Below, piece after piece: positions 29,183 through 39,574 of a DNA stretch of 64,000 nt. The DNA lies in contig OZ242358.1 of assembly GCA_965208835.1 (NCBI GenBank), positions 960,001-1,024,000 of the forward strand. Direction: 5' to 3'. The DNA comes from Candidatus Latescibacterota bacterium. GTDB lineage: Bacteria > Latescibacterota > UBA2968 > GCA-2709665. The position numbers and the translations under genes were made by a program. Positions within the stretch are counted from its first letter, which is position 1; each line of letters opens with the position of its first letter. Under the pieces are notes generated by a model. It saw only the letters and a list, made by a program, of their open reading frames with translations, was not told the origin of the DNA and made no database searches.

Positions 29183-31052
29183 CGGTTTTCGGAAGACCCG
29201 AACGCGATGGATGATGTCGGTGGTGATCTGCCTGTTCGCCATTCTATTCGTCGGGATATTTCGGCTGCAGATCACAGACAGCGAACGCTACCGCATCCAA
29301 TCCAAGAAGAATACGATGCAGGTCGTGCCCATCGATGCAGGCCGCGGCCTGATACGGGATCGTAACGGCGTGGTTCTCGTAGACAATCGTCCCTCGTACA
29401 CCATCTCCGTGCTTCCTCAGCGACTGCGTCGAAACACCGATCTGACGGTTCGCGGCCACGTAGTCAACAGGCTCAGTCAGGTTGCGGGTCTGCCGGTTCA
29501 ACACATCAACCGAAGACTCACGGACCGAAACCGTCGATTCCACGAGCCGGTAAGGATTTTGCGAGACGTTGGATTCAATATCGTGTCTGTCGTGGAAGAA
29601 GAGCGCCACGATCTGCCTGGCGTGGAGATACAATTCGAATCACGGCGGGGATATCTGAGCTACAATGGCGGCCTTCCCCTGGCGCCCCATATCATCGGGT
29701 ATGTCGGCCTGATGGATGCGAAGACCTATGAGCGCAAGCGTGAGATGGGTTACCGACTCGACGACCAGATCGGCAAGCGGGGCGTTGAACGCATGTGCGA
29801 GTCGGCGTTGAGGGGCCGGGAGGGCATGAGATTCATCGAGGTCGACGCCTTCGGCAGGGAAGTTGGCAGCTTTCCCGACAAGACAACCCGGCCCGTACGT
29901 GGCAACGACATCCTCCTGACCCTGGACTGGCGGCTGCAGCAGGCAGCGGAACTTGCGTTTACCGATTCGCTGAGAGGCAGCCTGGTGGCAATGGATCCGA
30001 ACAACGGAGAGATCCTTGCCATGGTCAGCAAACCCGGCTTTCATCCGCGGTCAATCCGTAACCTTAGCCAATGGCGGACCCTGCAGGCCGACACGTCAAA
30101 TCCCCTTCTGAACCGCAGCATACGGGGCGAATACCCGCCCGCGTCGGTATTCAAGATGATTGCGGCGATTGCCGGCCTGGAAACGGGCCTGATCGATTCG
30201 GAAACGGCGCGTTTCCGACCGTGCAGGGGCAAAATGCGATTCGGTGACAGGTTCTTCCGCTGCCACAACGCCTCAGGGTGTGGCCGGCTGTCGCTGCGAG
30301 GAGCGCTCGTCCGGTCCTGCGACGTTTATTTCTACCAGTTGGGACGCAAGGTTGGCATTGCCAACTGGAGTCGCTACACCAGAATGCTCGGATTCGGTCA
30401 ACCCACGGGGATCGACATCGCTGCCGGAGGCGACGGCGAGGCCGCGGGCCTGGTGACCGACCGTTCGTACTATAAGGAACGTTACGGACACTGGGCGGAA
30501 GGCTACATGTTGAATCTGACAATAGGACAGGGCGAGACATCTGTAACCCCTGTCCAGATTGCCCGTTATATCAGTGCGCTGGCCGTCGGAAAATTGCCCC
30601 GGCCCCACGTCCTTAAGGATACGGCGCGCGAGTCCACGCCGGTTCAGATTTCCGCGCAGACCCTGAAGACCATTCGAAGTATCATGCTGGACGTCGTCGA
30701 GGATCCGTACGGTACCGGAAAACGCGCAAGGGTGGAAGGCGTGCGTGTGGCCGGAAAAACGGGCACCGCACAGAATCCCCACGGTGAGGACCACGCGTGG
30801 TTCACCGCCTTTGCGCCTGCGCACTACCCTGAAATCGTCGTGGCGGTTGTGGTCGAAAACGCGGGTCACGGAGGCGCGGTTGCCGCCCCGATCGCGGGAA
30901 AGGTTCTGGATGCGTATTTTGAGCTGGCACGGCCGAAAAAGAAGGCTGACACCATTGTGGCCGCACGCGTCGATGCCGAAACTGCTCCGGAAGAGAAGGA
31001 CGCCGCGTCCGCACCGCCGGGCAACCCGGCCCCGGGCGTGGTCTTGCGATAA
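29160..31052 (+). CDS. mrdA: Penicillin-binding protein 2
   Basis: RGLIRDRNG, PPASVFK (SxxK), SCDVYFY, GKTGTAQ. Confidence 0.93.
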   Translation: MHDDFMDNGFRKTRTRWMMSVVICLFAILFVGIFRLQITDSERYRIQSKKNTMQVVPIDAGRGLIRDRNGVVLVDNRPSYTISVLPQRLRRNTDLTVRGHVVNRLSQVAGLPVQHINRRLTDRNRRFHEPVRILRDVGFNIVSVVEEERHDLPGVEIQFESRRGYLSYNGGLPLAPHIIGYVGLMDAKTYERKREMGYRLDDQIGKRGVERMCESALRGREGMRFIEVDAFGREVGSFPDKTTRPVRGNDILLTLDWRLQQAAELAFTDSLRGSLVAMDPNNGEILAMVSKPGFHPRSIRNLSQWRTLQADTSNPLLNRSIRGEYPPASVFKMIAAIAGLETGLIDSETARFRPCRGKMRFGDRFFRCHNASGCGRLSLRGALVRSCDVYFYQLGRKVGIANWSRYTRMLGFGQPTGIDIAAGGDGEAAGLVTDRSYYKERYGHWAEGYMLNLTIGQGETSVTPVQIARYISALAVGKLPRPHVLKDTARESTPVQISAQTLKTIRSIMLDVVEDPYGTGKRARVEGVRVAGKTGTAQNPHGEDHAWFTAFAPAHYPEIVVAVVVENAGHGGAVAAPIAGKVLDAYFELARPKKKADTIVAARVDAETAPEEKDAASAPPGNPAPGVVLR

Positions 31053-31121
31053 GCCGGGTCCGATGGGTCAATTCAAGCCCGGAATCCCATTCCCCAACTG
31101 ACGTTTCGCAGGAATCTTCAC

Positions 31122-32342
31122 GTGGTCCTTACGCGCATCTTCAAACAGGATTTCGACCTTCCGCTGCTGCTTGCAGTCGTTCTTGCCACACTGTTCGGAA
31201 TCGGTGCGATTTACAGCGCCACCTACAACTGGGAGTACGGCACCGCCGGTAGCATCTACGAAAGGCAGATCATCTGGAGTGCGATTGCCGTAGTCGCGTT
31301 TCTGCTCACCCTGTTCGTCCCGCCCAAATTTTATTACGCCTTTGCGTATATTCTCTACGGCGTTTCAATCTGTCTTCTGGTGCTGGTTCTGCTGTTCGGA
31401 GATAGTCGCTGGTTCGATCTGGGGCCGTTACATATGCAACCGTCCGAACTGGCCAAGATCGCAACCATTCTTGCCCTGGCAAGATACCTCTCCACGCGCA
31501 ATCTGGATCTGGACAGGCCTCGCTCACTTGTCACGTCCTTTTTTCTGGTCTTGCTTCCGGCAGTTCTGGTGTTCAGACAGCCCGATCTGGGCACCGCGCT
31601 GGTCTTCATTTCGGTACTCCTGCCTATGTTATACTGGGCCGGGATGAGACCTGTTGTGCTGTTTTTCCTGATTTCACCCTTCTTGAGCGTCATCTGCGCC
31701 TTCCATTACGTGGCGCTCGTTGTCCTGGTTTTGGCGATTGCCGCGGTCATTTTTCTGGTCCGGCCGCGTCGATTGATGACTGCCGCCATTGTCGTGGTCA
31801 ATCTCGTGGTCGCGGTCGGTGCACCGTATCTCTGGGAGCACAAGCTGCACGACTACCAGCGCAGGCGGATTCTGACCTTTTTGAACCCGGACATGGACAA
31901 ACTCGGCGCGGGCTACCAGGTCATGCAATCCAAAGTGGCAATTGGCTCGGGCGGTTTCAACGGTAAAGGATACTTGCAGGGTACGCAGACAAAACTCTCC
32001 TTCCTTCCGGAACAACATACCGACTTTGTGTTTTCCGTAATCGGTGAGGAGTTTGGTTTCGTGGGCGCAATGCTCGTACTCGCCCTGTTTTTGCTGATCA
32101 TCTGGCGTGCCATCCATATCGCCGGCCTTGTAAAGAGCCGGTTTTCGAGTCTGGTAGCCATTGGCCTGGCGACCGTGGTGACCTTTCACGTTTTTGTCAA
32201 TATAGGGATGACCGTGGGCGTGGTACCGGTTACCGGCCTTCCGCTGCCGTATTTCAGCTACGGAGGTTCGCAACTCGTGGTCAATCTGATACTCGCCGGC
32301 TTGCTGCTCAACATCTATGCCTACAGGCACGAATACTATTAG
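31122..32342 (+). CDS. rodA: Rod shape-determining protein RodA
   Basis: QPSELAK, QPDLGT, GYQVMQSKVAIGSGG, PEQHTDF, SYGGS. Confidence 0.94.
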   Translation: MVLTRIFKQDFDLPLLLAVVLATLFGIGAIYSATYNWEYGTAGSIYERQIIWSAIAVVAFLLTLFVPPKFYYAFAYILYGVSICLLVLVLLFGDSRWFDLGPLHMQPSELAKIATILALARYLSTRNLDLDRPRSLVTSFFLVLLPAVLVFRQPDLGTALVFISVLLPMLYWAGMRPVVLFFLISPFLSVICAFHYVALVVLVLAIAAVIFLVRPRRLMTAAIVVVNLVVAVGAPYLWEHKLHDYQRRRILTFLNPDMDKLGAGYQVMQSKVAIGSGGFNGKGYLQGTQTKLSFLPEQHTDFVFSVIGEEFGFVGAMLVLALFLLIIWRAIHIAGLVKSRFSSLVAIGLATVVTFHVFVNIGMTVGVVPVTGLPLPYFSYGGSQLVVNLILAGLLLNIYAYRHEYY

Positions 32343-32364
32343 TACGCACCGTCCTTATTCCGTT

Positions 32365-32408
32365 ACGCAAAGAAAGAGGCGACCGGACGGTCGCCTCTTT
32401 CTTTGCGT
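32365..32408. terminator. Bidirectional terminator between convergent rodA and dnaE
   Basis: ACGCAAAGAAAGAGGCGACC-GGAC-GGTCGCCTCTTTCTTTGCGT perfect 20-bp stem. Confidence 0.85.
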
Positions 32409-32481
32409 TCTCGCGTGCGCGAAATCATGTGCCCGCGTGCCGAAATGCAGGGCGCTGAACGGGCCGCCGTGAGTAGCGTAA

Positions 32482-35400
32482 TCAGGATTTCTGGGATACC
32501 CAGGCGCGCCGTTCTCCAAGAAATGCGCCGATTTCAGAGATCAACTCGTCAGAGGGGTTCACCGTCAGCGACCGGGAACGAATTATCTTCGTTTCCCCTT
32601 CGCGCAGTTCAAGGTGCAAATAAACCGTACACCCGCCCCTGTGACCTTCAAGCATCGCTTTCAGGTGTTCAAGCGGTTCCGATTTCAGCATCTCCGACGT
32701 AAGCTTGACGTTCAGCGCGTCCGCAAGCGTTTCCCTCGCGTGCTCCATCGCCAGGACCTTCTCTACTCGCAGCGATTGTCGACCATTCCGCCCGGAGAGC
32801 CTGCCCTGGATCACCACCATTGCGTCTGTTACAAACGAAGCCCTGACCTTCTCGAACGTGTCGGGAAACACAACGAGGTCCATGGCGCCTTCCAGATCCT
32901 CGATCGTGCCGAACGCCATTGGACGCCCGTTTCGGTCAGTATGCGACCTGGTTTCGGAAATCAGCCCTCCGAGTTTCACTTCCGCTCCCTCCGGGAGGGC
33001 GCCGACGTCCTGAGACGTACGGATTCCCAGCGCAGCCAGATCCGCCCGGAATCTTTCCAGCGGATGACCGGAGAGATAAAACCCGAGCATTTCCTTTTCG
33101 TGCGCAAGCCTTTCACGCTCCGTCCACTCCGGCTCCTCGGGAAGGACGTGGTTTTTGATGACCGCCGACTGGTCTGCAAGGCCTTCCATGTCGAACAGCG
33201 AAATCTGACGTCGCTGCCGGGTCGCCTGTGCGGACTGACCCGCGTCGAGTGCCCGGTCGAGCCCTTGTAGAAGCTGCGCACGATGCCCCTTCAGACGATC
33301 CATAGCTCCTGCGCGAATCAGGCTCTCGATAGCCCTGCGGTTCACCGCGCGCAAATCCACGCGCTCACAGAACTCGAACAGGGAATTGAACGGTCCGTCG
33401 GTCTCCCGCGCGCTGACAATGGCCTCTACCGCGCCGCGACCCACGTTTCGTACGGCCGCCATTCCCATCAGAATCGCCGTTTCTGAAGCCACGAAGTCCA
33501 CGTAAGAGGTATTCAAGTCAGGGGGCAGGACCTCCAGTTTCATTCGCCGGCACTCTTCAATCAGGACCACCATGCGCTCGATGTTGCCGATTTCACCGTT
33601 GAGGCTGGCGGCCATGTATTCCTGGGGATAATTCGCCTTGAGGTAGGCGTTCCGGTATGCGACAACCGCATACGCCGCCGCGTGTGCTTTGGGGAAAGCA
33701 TAGCCGGCGAATACTTCTATATCTGCGAAGATCTTTCGGGCGAGATTCAGATCCACGCCGTGGGCCTTGCACCCCACGATAAACGCGTCCTTCTGACGGG
33801 CCATTTCTTCGGGCTTTTTCTTGCCAATGGCGTCTCGAAGGATGTCGGCCTGGCCGAGGCTGAATCCCGCCAGAACCTGAACAATCTGCATCACCTGCTC
33901 CTGGTACACCATGATCCCGTATGTATCCTTCAGGATGGGCTCCATCCCGGGATGGTCGTAGACCACCTCTTCTTCTCCGTGTTTGCGTGCGACAAAGTTC
34001 GGAATGTACTGCATCGGTCCCGGTCGATAGAGGGCGTTCATCGCTATGATGTCCTCGATGCGGTCGGGCTTCAGTTGCATCAGGTATTCCCGCATTCCCG
34101 GACTCTCGAACTGGAATACGCCCACAGTTTCGCCGCGTCCGAAGAGTTCCAGCGTTTTCTTGTCGTCTTCAGGAATTCTTGTCAGGTCAAATGCCGGATC
34201 CTCTTTCTTAATCAGATCCACAGTCTCGTCGGCAAGCGAAAGCTCCTTGAGGCCCAGGAAGTCCATCTTCAAAAGGCCGATATCCTCACAAGTCGGCCCG
34301 TCGAACTGGGTTGTCAACTTGCCGTCCTTCGGTGCTTTGTACAAGGGTACGAAATTCGTCAACTCATCCGGTGCGATAATGACCGCGGCCGCGTGAACGG
34401 ACGCGTGGCGGGCCAAACCCTCAAGCCCCCGCGCATGTCGGATCAACTGCGCTTCCGGGCCATCGCCCTCGGCCATTTTCTTCAACTCCGGCACCTGTTG
34501 AATTGCCGTGTCGAGCGTCATCTTCAAGTCGTTGGGCACAAGATTCGCAATCCGGTCGACCTCGCCGAATGACATATCGTGCACGCGGCCTACGTCCCGG
34601 ATTACCGCCTTCGCCTTCAGTGTGCCGAACGTGATGATCTGACACACATTGCGCTCGCCGTACTTCTCAGATACGTACCTGATGACCTGATCTCGCTTCT
34701 TGTCCGAAAAATCGATGTCGATGTCGGGCAGGCTCACGCGTTCGGGGTTAAGGAATCTCTCAAACAGCAGATTGTACTTTATCGGGTCCAGGTCGGTTAT
34801 CCGCAGCGCATACGCCACCAGGCTCCCGGCGCAGGATCCACGTCCCGGACCTACCGAGATTCCGTGCTCCTTCGCGTAGTTGACGTAATCCCACACGATG
34901 AGGAAATATCCCGCAAGTCCCTTGCTTACAATCAGGTCAAGTTCAAATTCCAGCCGTTTGTGCAAGTCCTGCGAGATTGAATCGAATCGTTTCTCCAGCC
35001 CCTCCCGTGCGAGATGTTTGAGGTATTCGTCGGCCGACTCAAATCCCCCCGGCAATGGAAACTCAGGCGCAAGGTAGTCTCCGAACGTGAGTTCCAAGTT
35101 GCTCTTTTCGGCTATCTCCAGCGTCTTCTCCAAAGCTTGGGGAATGTCCGAAAAAAGCGTGTGCATCTCGTCCGCGGATTTGAAATAGACGTCTTCCGGA
35201 TAACACATTCTGCCAGGATCGTTCAGGGTTTTACCGGTCTGTAGAGCCACGAGAACGGCGTGAGCTTCGTGATCGTCGGCGCCTAGAAAATGGGAGTCGT
35301 TCGTCGCCACGAGCGGCACGCCCATTTCACCGTGAATCCTTATGAGGCCGTCGTTGATTCTTGGTTCTCTTTCGATGCCGTGCCGCTGGATTTCCAGGTA

Positions 35401-35916
35401 GTAGTCTTTACCGAAAATGTCGAGATACTCTTCCACGGCGGCCATCGCGACTTTCACGCCCTCGCGCTCGATCAGATGCGGCACCTCGCCGCTCACGCAT
35501 CCCGATAGACAGACCAGCCCCTCGGAGTGTTTTCGTAACAGTTCCTTGTCGATTCTGGGATGGTAATAAAACCCTTCCATGTAGCCGGCCGAGACGAGCT
35601 TTACCAGGTTCTTATACCCGCGCGTGTCTTTCGCAAGCAGCACAAGATGGTTCGCTCCACTGGGCACGCCGCGCGAGGGTTTCCTTTCGAACCGGCTTTC
35701 GATGGCGCAATAGACCTCGCATCCGATTATGGGCTTAACGCCCACCTCTTTCATCGACCTGTAAAAATCCACGGCGCCGAAGAGATTCCCGTGGTCCGTA
35801 ATGGCTGCAGCGGGCATCCCCCACTCGGCGGCCCTTGCGGCAAGGCTGTCAATCTTGCAGGTGCCGTCCAGCAGGCTGTACATACTGTGGCTATGGAGAT
35901 GCACGAATTCGGCCAT
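32482..35916 (-). CDS. dnaE: DNA polymerase III subunit alpha
   Basis: FVHLHSHSMYSLLDG PHP domain, GPGRGSCAGS, PDIDIDF, KMDFLGL, C-terminal OB fold. Confidence 0.97.
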   Translation of the reverse strand: MAEFVHLHSHSMYSLLDGTCKIDSLAARAAEWGMPAAAITDHGNLFGAVDFYRSMKEVGVKPIIGCEVYCAIESRFERKPSRGVPSGANHLVLLAKDTRGYKNLVKLVSAGYMEGFYYHPRIDKELLRKHSEGLVCLSGCVSGEVPHLIEREGVKVAMAAVEEYLDIFGKDYYLEIQRHGIEREPRINDGLIRIHGEMGVPLVATNDSHFLGADDHEAHAVLVALQTGKTLNDPGRMCYPEDVYFKSADEMHTLFSDIPQALEKTLEIAEKSNLELTFGDYLAPEFPLPGGFESADEYLKHLAREGLEKRFDSISQDLHKRLEFELDLIVSKGLAGYFLIVWDYVNYAKEHGISVGPGRGSCAGSLVAYALRITDLDPIKYNLLFERFLNPERVSLPDIDIDFSDKKRDQVIRYVSEKYGERNVCQIITFGTLKAKAVIRDVGRVHDMSFGEVDRIANLVPNDLKMTLDTAIQQVPELKKMAEGDGPEAQLIRHARGLEGLARHASVHAAAVIIAPDELTNFVPLYKAPKDGKLTTQFDGPTCEDIGLLKMDFLGLKELSLADETVDLIKKEDPAFDLTRIPEDDKKTLELFGRGETVGVFQFESPGMREYLMQLKPDRIEDIIAMNALYRPGPMQYIPNFVARKHGEEEVVYDHPGMEPILKDTYGIMVYQEQVMQIVQVLAGFSLGQADILRDAIGKKKPEEMARQKDAFIVGCKAHGVDLNLARKIFADIEVFAGYAFPKAHAAAYAVVAYRNAYLKANYPQEYMAASLNGEIGNIERMVVLIEECRRMKLEVLPPDLNTSYVDFVASETAILMGMAAVRNVGRGAVEAIVSARETDGPFNSLFEFCERVDLRAVNRRAIESLIRAGAMDRLKGHRAQLLQGLDRALDAGQSAQATRQRRQISLFDMEGLADQSAVIKNHVLPEEPEWTERERLAHEKEMLGFYLSGHPLERFRADLAALGIRTSQDVGALPEGAEVKLGGLISETRSHTDRNGRPMAFGTIEDLEGAMDLVVFPDTFEKVRASFVTDAMVVIQGRLSGRNGRQSLRVEKVLAMEHARETLADALNVKLTSEMLKSEPLEHLKAMLEGHRGGCTVYLHLELREGETKIIRSRSLTVNPSDELISEIGAFLGERRAWVSQKS

Positions 35917-36055
35917 CGTGAGTTTCTCCGAATGTGCCGGATTGGAAAGGTATTGTCGGGGAGAAGAGGGCTGTCTGGAATGCGGGGCCGTGCCGGGGGA
36001 GGGGGAAAACCGTTGCGTCAGTCGTGGCGAGCACGGATATCCCGGCGATGTAATA

Positions 36056-36084
36056 ATCTTACTTCCGGTCGAACCAAAAGTCAA
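36056..36084 (-). promoter_or_regulatory. Sigma-70 promoter of dnaE
   Basis: Minus strand TTGACT-17-TAAGAT. Confidence 0.6.
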
Positions 36085-36360
36085 GCGACAGATTGACAGG
36101 TTTGCTTCACTGAGACTCGCCGGAACAATCAGCTGGAATCACGGCCGTGGCGTTTTCACCCTGCGTACTGAACGGACTGTCACCAGCCGCGACACGTCGT
36201 CGCCGTTTGAGGGAAATCACCCGCAGCGCCGCGTCCGGATCTGCCCGGTGTTCGGGGTGTTTTGGCGGGCAAATGGCGTTTTTCAATTGGACTTCCCACG
36301 CCATTGCGTTACTTTAACGAGGTTGTGACGACACCCGCCCCTTAATCCGGTTTCCACACG

Positions 36361-37641
36361 ATGTCCGACATTCTTGAAGTCCATCCAATCCGGCGGCGCG
36401 TCGACGTCGACGTGTCAGTGCCGGGATCCAAGTCCTACACCAACCGGGCGCTGCTGATCGCGGCACTTGCCGACGGGCGGAGTCGCCTTCCGGGCGCACT
36501 CGAAAGCGACGACACCCGATATATGGCCCGCGCGCTTTCAGCCCTGGGCGTCCGTATTCGGATTGAAGGCGAGAGCATCCTCATTGTCGACGGCGCGGGG
36601 GGACGCGTTCCCGTACCGAGCGCCGAACTCTTCGTGGGCAACTCTGGCACTGCCGCCCGGTTTCTTACCGGTTATGTCTCGCTGGGAAATGGCACCTTTA
36701 CGCTGGACGGCGCTCCCCGCATGAGAGAGCGGCCGATCCAGGACCTGATCGACGGCCTGCGACCCCTGGGGGTTTGCGCGCGGAGCCTGGCGGGAAACGG
36801 GTGTCCGCCGGTCGTTGTCGACGGAGCCGGTCTCGAGGGAGGCCTGACGCAGATGCCGGGAGACCGTAGCAGCCAGTATCTTTCCGCCCTTCTCATGGTT
36901 TCGCCGTACGCGCGAAAGGACGTCGAGATCCGCGTTACCGGCAACCTGGTCTCCAGGCCCTACATCGACATGACCTTACATATTATGCGCGACTTTGGTG
37001 TGAATGTCGACACCTGCGACGCCGACATCTTCCACGTGAAAGCGGGACAGCGCTACACACCCGCGGAGTATCCCATCGAGCCGGACGCCTCCAACGCTTC
37101 GTACTTCTTTGCCGCCGCGGCGCTTACGGGCGGTCGGATCAAGGTGCGCAACCTCTCCCGGGCGTCCGCACAGGGCGACGTGGCATTCGTGGACGTTCTG
37201 GGCAGAATGGGCTGCGCCGTCAGTAACAGGCGGGACGGCATCGAAGTCCACGGCCCGGAACGGCTTTCCGGCATCGATGTGGACATGAACGCAATGCCTG
37301 ACGTGGTTCAGACCCTCTGCGCGCTCGCTCCATTTGCAACCGGGCCGGTAACGGTGCGCAACATCGCCAATCTGCGCATCAAGGAGACCGACCGCATCGC
37401 TGCTGTCGCGGCCGAACTGAACAAACTGGGGGTTCGTTCGGACGCCCGGCCTGACTCACTGACAGTTTATCCCTCTGCGCAAATTCGTCCGGCCGAACTC
37501 GACACGTACGAGGATCACCGCATGGCCATGAGCATGGCGCTGATCGGCCTTAAAGCGCCGGGCATCGCGATACGGAATCCGACCTGCGTCGATAAGTCCT
37601 TCCCGTCGTACTTTCAATGCCTCGACGCGTTGCGGAGATAG
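36361..37641 (+). CDS. aroA: 3-phosphoshikimate 1-carboxyvinyltransferase (EPSP synthase)
   Basis: PGSKSYTNRAL, GNSGTAARF, SSQYLS, RIKETDRI, DHRMAM. Confidence 0.96.
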   Translation: MSDILEVHPIRRRVDVDVSVPGSKSYTNRALLIAALADGRSRLPGALESDDTRYMARALSALGVRIRIEGESILIVDGAGGRVPVPSAELFVGNSGTAARFLTGYVSLGNGTFTLDGAPRMRERPIQDLIDGLRPLGVCARSLAGNGCPPVVVDGAGLEGGLTQMPGDRSSQYLSALLMVSPYARKDVEIRVTGNLVSRPYIDMTLHIMRDFGVNVDTCDADIFHVKAGQRYTPAEYPIEPDASNASYFFAAAALTGGRIKVRNLSRASAQGDVAFVDVLGRMGCAVSNRRDGIEVHGPERLSGIDVDMNAMPDVVQTLCALAPFATGPVTVRNIANLRIKETDRIAAVAAELNKLGVRSDARPDSLTVYPSAQIRPAELDTYEDHRMAMSMALIGLKAPGIAIRNPTCVDKSFPSYFQCLDALRR

Positions 37642-37668
37642 ATGCGACGCAAGGCCCGGACCGCGTCG

Positions 37669-38532
37669 CTATCGTCGCCGCCTTTCTGTCGAGCGCGCTT
37701 TTTTCCCTCGGCGGACACGGTCTCGTTCGAGGATCCTCTTCTTGATTTCCTGAAACCGCCGGGAATCTGACGTCAAGCCGGCCTTGGCGGGCAGTTCCCC
37801 AATCTGAGCCCGCACATTCTCAACACGCTCCCTGCTGGGAGGGTGCGTGGAAAACATAACCTCCAGCCTACCTGGCTCGTTCTCCCGCAAGGCCACCAGC
37901 TTCTGGAAAAACGTAGCAGTCCCTCTCGGATCGATCCCTGACGCGTAAGTAGCATCCACGGCAAACCGGTCGGCTTCCCGTTCGGCGTCGCGCCCGTACT
38001 TCAATTGCCCCATACCCTTCCAGAGAGCGGCGATCTGCCTGAGCGCATGCCGCCGCACCGACGCGTTCTCTCCGCCCAGAGTCGCGTCCAGAATCACCGC
38101 CGCGCCAAACTCCCTGCTGATGGCTCTGGCGCCGTGTTTCCTATCCACATGACCGATTTCGTGTGCGATGACCGCTGCCAGCTCCGATTCGTTTTCCGCT
38201 GTTGTAATTAGCCCACGGTTGACGTACAGCCAGCCGCCCGGAAGCGCGAAAGCGTTTACTTCGTCAGTATCCACGACCTTGAAAAAGTACTTCAGACCGG
38301 AACGACGCGAGTACCGCGCGAGCATCTGGCCGAGGCTGTTGATGTACGCCGTTACGGCAGGGTCGTTGTAGAGCGTGAGATCACGTTCGATCACCCGTGC
38401 CGTTTCGCGGCCGATCTGGACTTCCTCCTCGGTGGTCAATATGTTGAACCGGCCAATCGTCGCGCACGACGCCATCGATCCGACCAGGCAGACCGTAATC
38501 AACCGACGCAGGCAAGTCATCCCTGACATCAC
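37669..38532 (-). CDS. M48 family metallopeptidase lipoprotein (BepA/LoiP-like)
   Basis: MASC lipobox-like, VNAFALPGG, AHEIGH, EREAD, STHP. Confidence 0.9.
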   Translation of the reverse strand: MMSGMTCLRRLITVCLVGSMASCATIGRFNILTTEEEVQIGRETARVIERDLTLYNDPAVTAYINSLGQMLARYSRRSGLKYFFKVVDTDEVNAFALPGGWLYVNRGLITTAENESELAAVIAHEIGHVDRKHGARAISREFGAAVILDATLGGENASVRRHALRQIAALWKGMGQLKYGRDAEREADRFAVDATYASGIDPRGTATFFQKLVALRENEPGRLEVMFSTHPPSRERVENVRAQIGELPAKAGLTSDSRRFQEIKKRILERDRVRRGKKARSTERRRR

Positions 38533-38544
38533 GAGTGCGGCCTT

Positions 38545-39447
38545 TCACTGAGTGTCGATTTGCAGCGTTCCCCGACTTCCGTCCACGGTCGCCCGGAGGC
38601 CGATCGGCAGCACGCGCCGTCCCTCGCCGTGCCCATAAGGCAGTCCCTGGAAAACCGGTACGGCAACGGACGATGAAAAACCGCGCAGGACGTCGTCCAC
38701 GGTACCCTCCTCTTCCCGTTCCGGCTCGCAACCCTCGAATCTTCCGAACACCACGCCGGCCACGCGATCGAACACGCCCGCCATTCGGAGCTGCGTCAAC
38801 AGGCGGTCGACCCGGTAGGGGGCTTCGTTCACGTCTTCCAGAAAGAGAAGTGCACCACTCGTATCCGGCATATATCCGGTACCCATGAGCGAGGCGATCA
38901 CCGAGAGGCAGCCGCCCAGCAGCTTCCCTTCCGCGAATCGTCCCCTCATTGCGGCGACACCGACCATCTCCTCGAACCGCCCGCACATGAGCGCATTCCA
39001 GAGAGACGTTTCCGTTGCCTCCGGCATTCCTGATGCCGCAACGTCACCGCAAAGTGTCACGCCGGAATAGCTCACCAAACCGGTGCGGCCGTAAATCCCC
39101 AACTGAATCGCGGTCGTATCGCTGAAACCCACCAGGGGCTTCGGGCATTTCCGGATTCCCTCGTAGTCCAGAAGCCCAAGTACCCGCGCTGCCCCGAATC
39201 CTCCGCGGGTCACAAAGACGGCCCGGACCTCCGGGTCGGCGAACATGACGTTCAGGTCCTTCGCACGGTCCGGATCCTGTCCCGCGAGGTACCGGTCCCG
39301 GTCGTAGACCGCCGATCCGACCCTCACCCGGAAGCCCCTGTTCCGGAGATACGAGAGGCCCGGACGCAATCGCTCCCGTTCGAATGATCCGGAAGGCGAC
39401 ACGATTCCGATGAGGTCGCCAGGTTGTATATACGGCGGAACAACCAA
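38545..39447 (-). CDS. ldcA: LD-carboxypeptidase (S66 family)
   Basis: RGGFG, GFSDTT (catalytic Ser), LFLEDVNE, YGHG. Confidence 0.9.
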   Translation of the reverse strand: MVVPPYIQPGDLIGIVSPSGSFERERLRPGLSYLRNRGFRVRVGSAVYDRDRYLAGQDPDRAKDLNVMFADPEVRAVFVTRGGFGAARVLGLLDYEGIRKCPKPLVGFSDTTAIQLGIYGRTGLVSYSGVTLCGDVAASGMPEATETSLWNALMCGRFEEMVGVAAMRGRFAEGKLLGGCLSVIASLMGTGYMPDTSGALLFLEDVNEAPYRVDRLLTQLRMAGVFDRVAGVVFGRFEGCEPEREEEGTVDDVLRGFSSSVAVPVFQGLPYGHGEGRRVLPIGLRATVDGSRGTLQIDTQ

Positions 39448-39574
39448 ACAAACGCTCCCAAATTTAAATCAAGCGACTCCTGGTGTACTGTCCAGGAAAC
39501 AAGCTGCCTAAATTCGACTCGACGGTCGAATGGTGAGGAATTTTTGGGACAGGACACTCGTGGGCGAAGAAACG

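Noticed and set aside
36107-36304. 65-aa minus-strand ORF between dnaE and aroA
   Set aside because: No RBS or motif; lies in the divergent promoter region.
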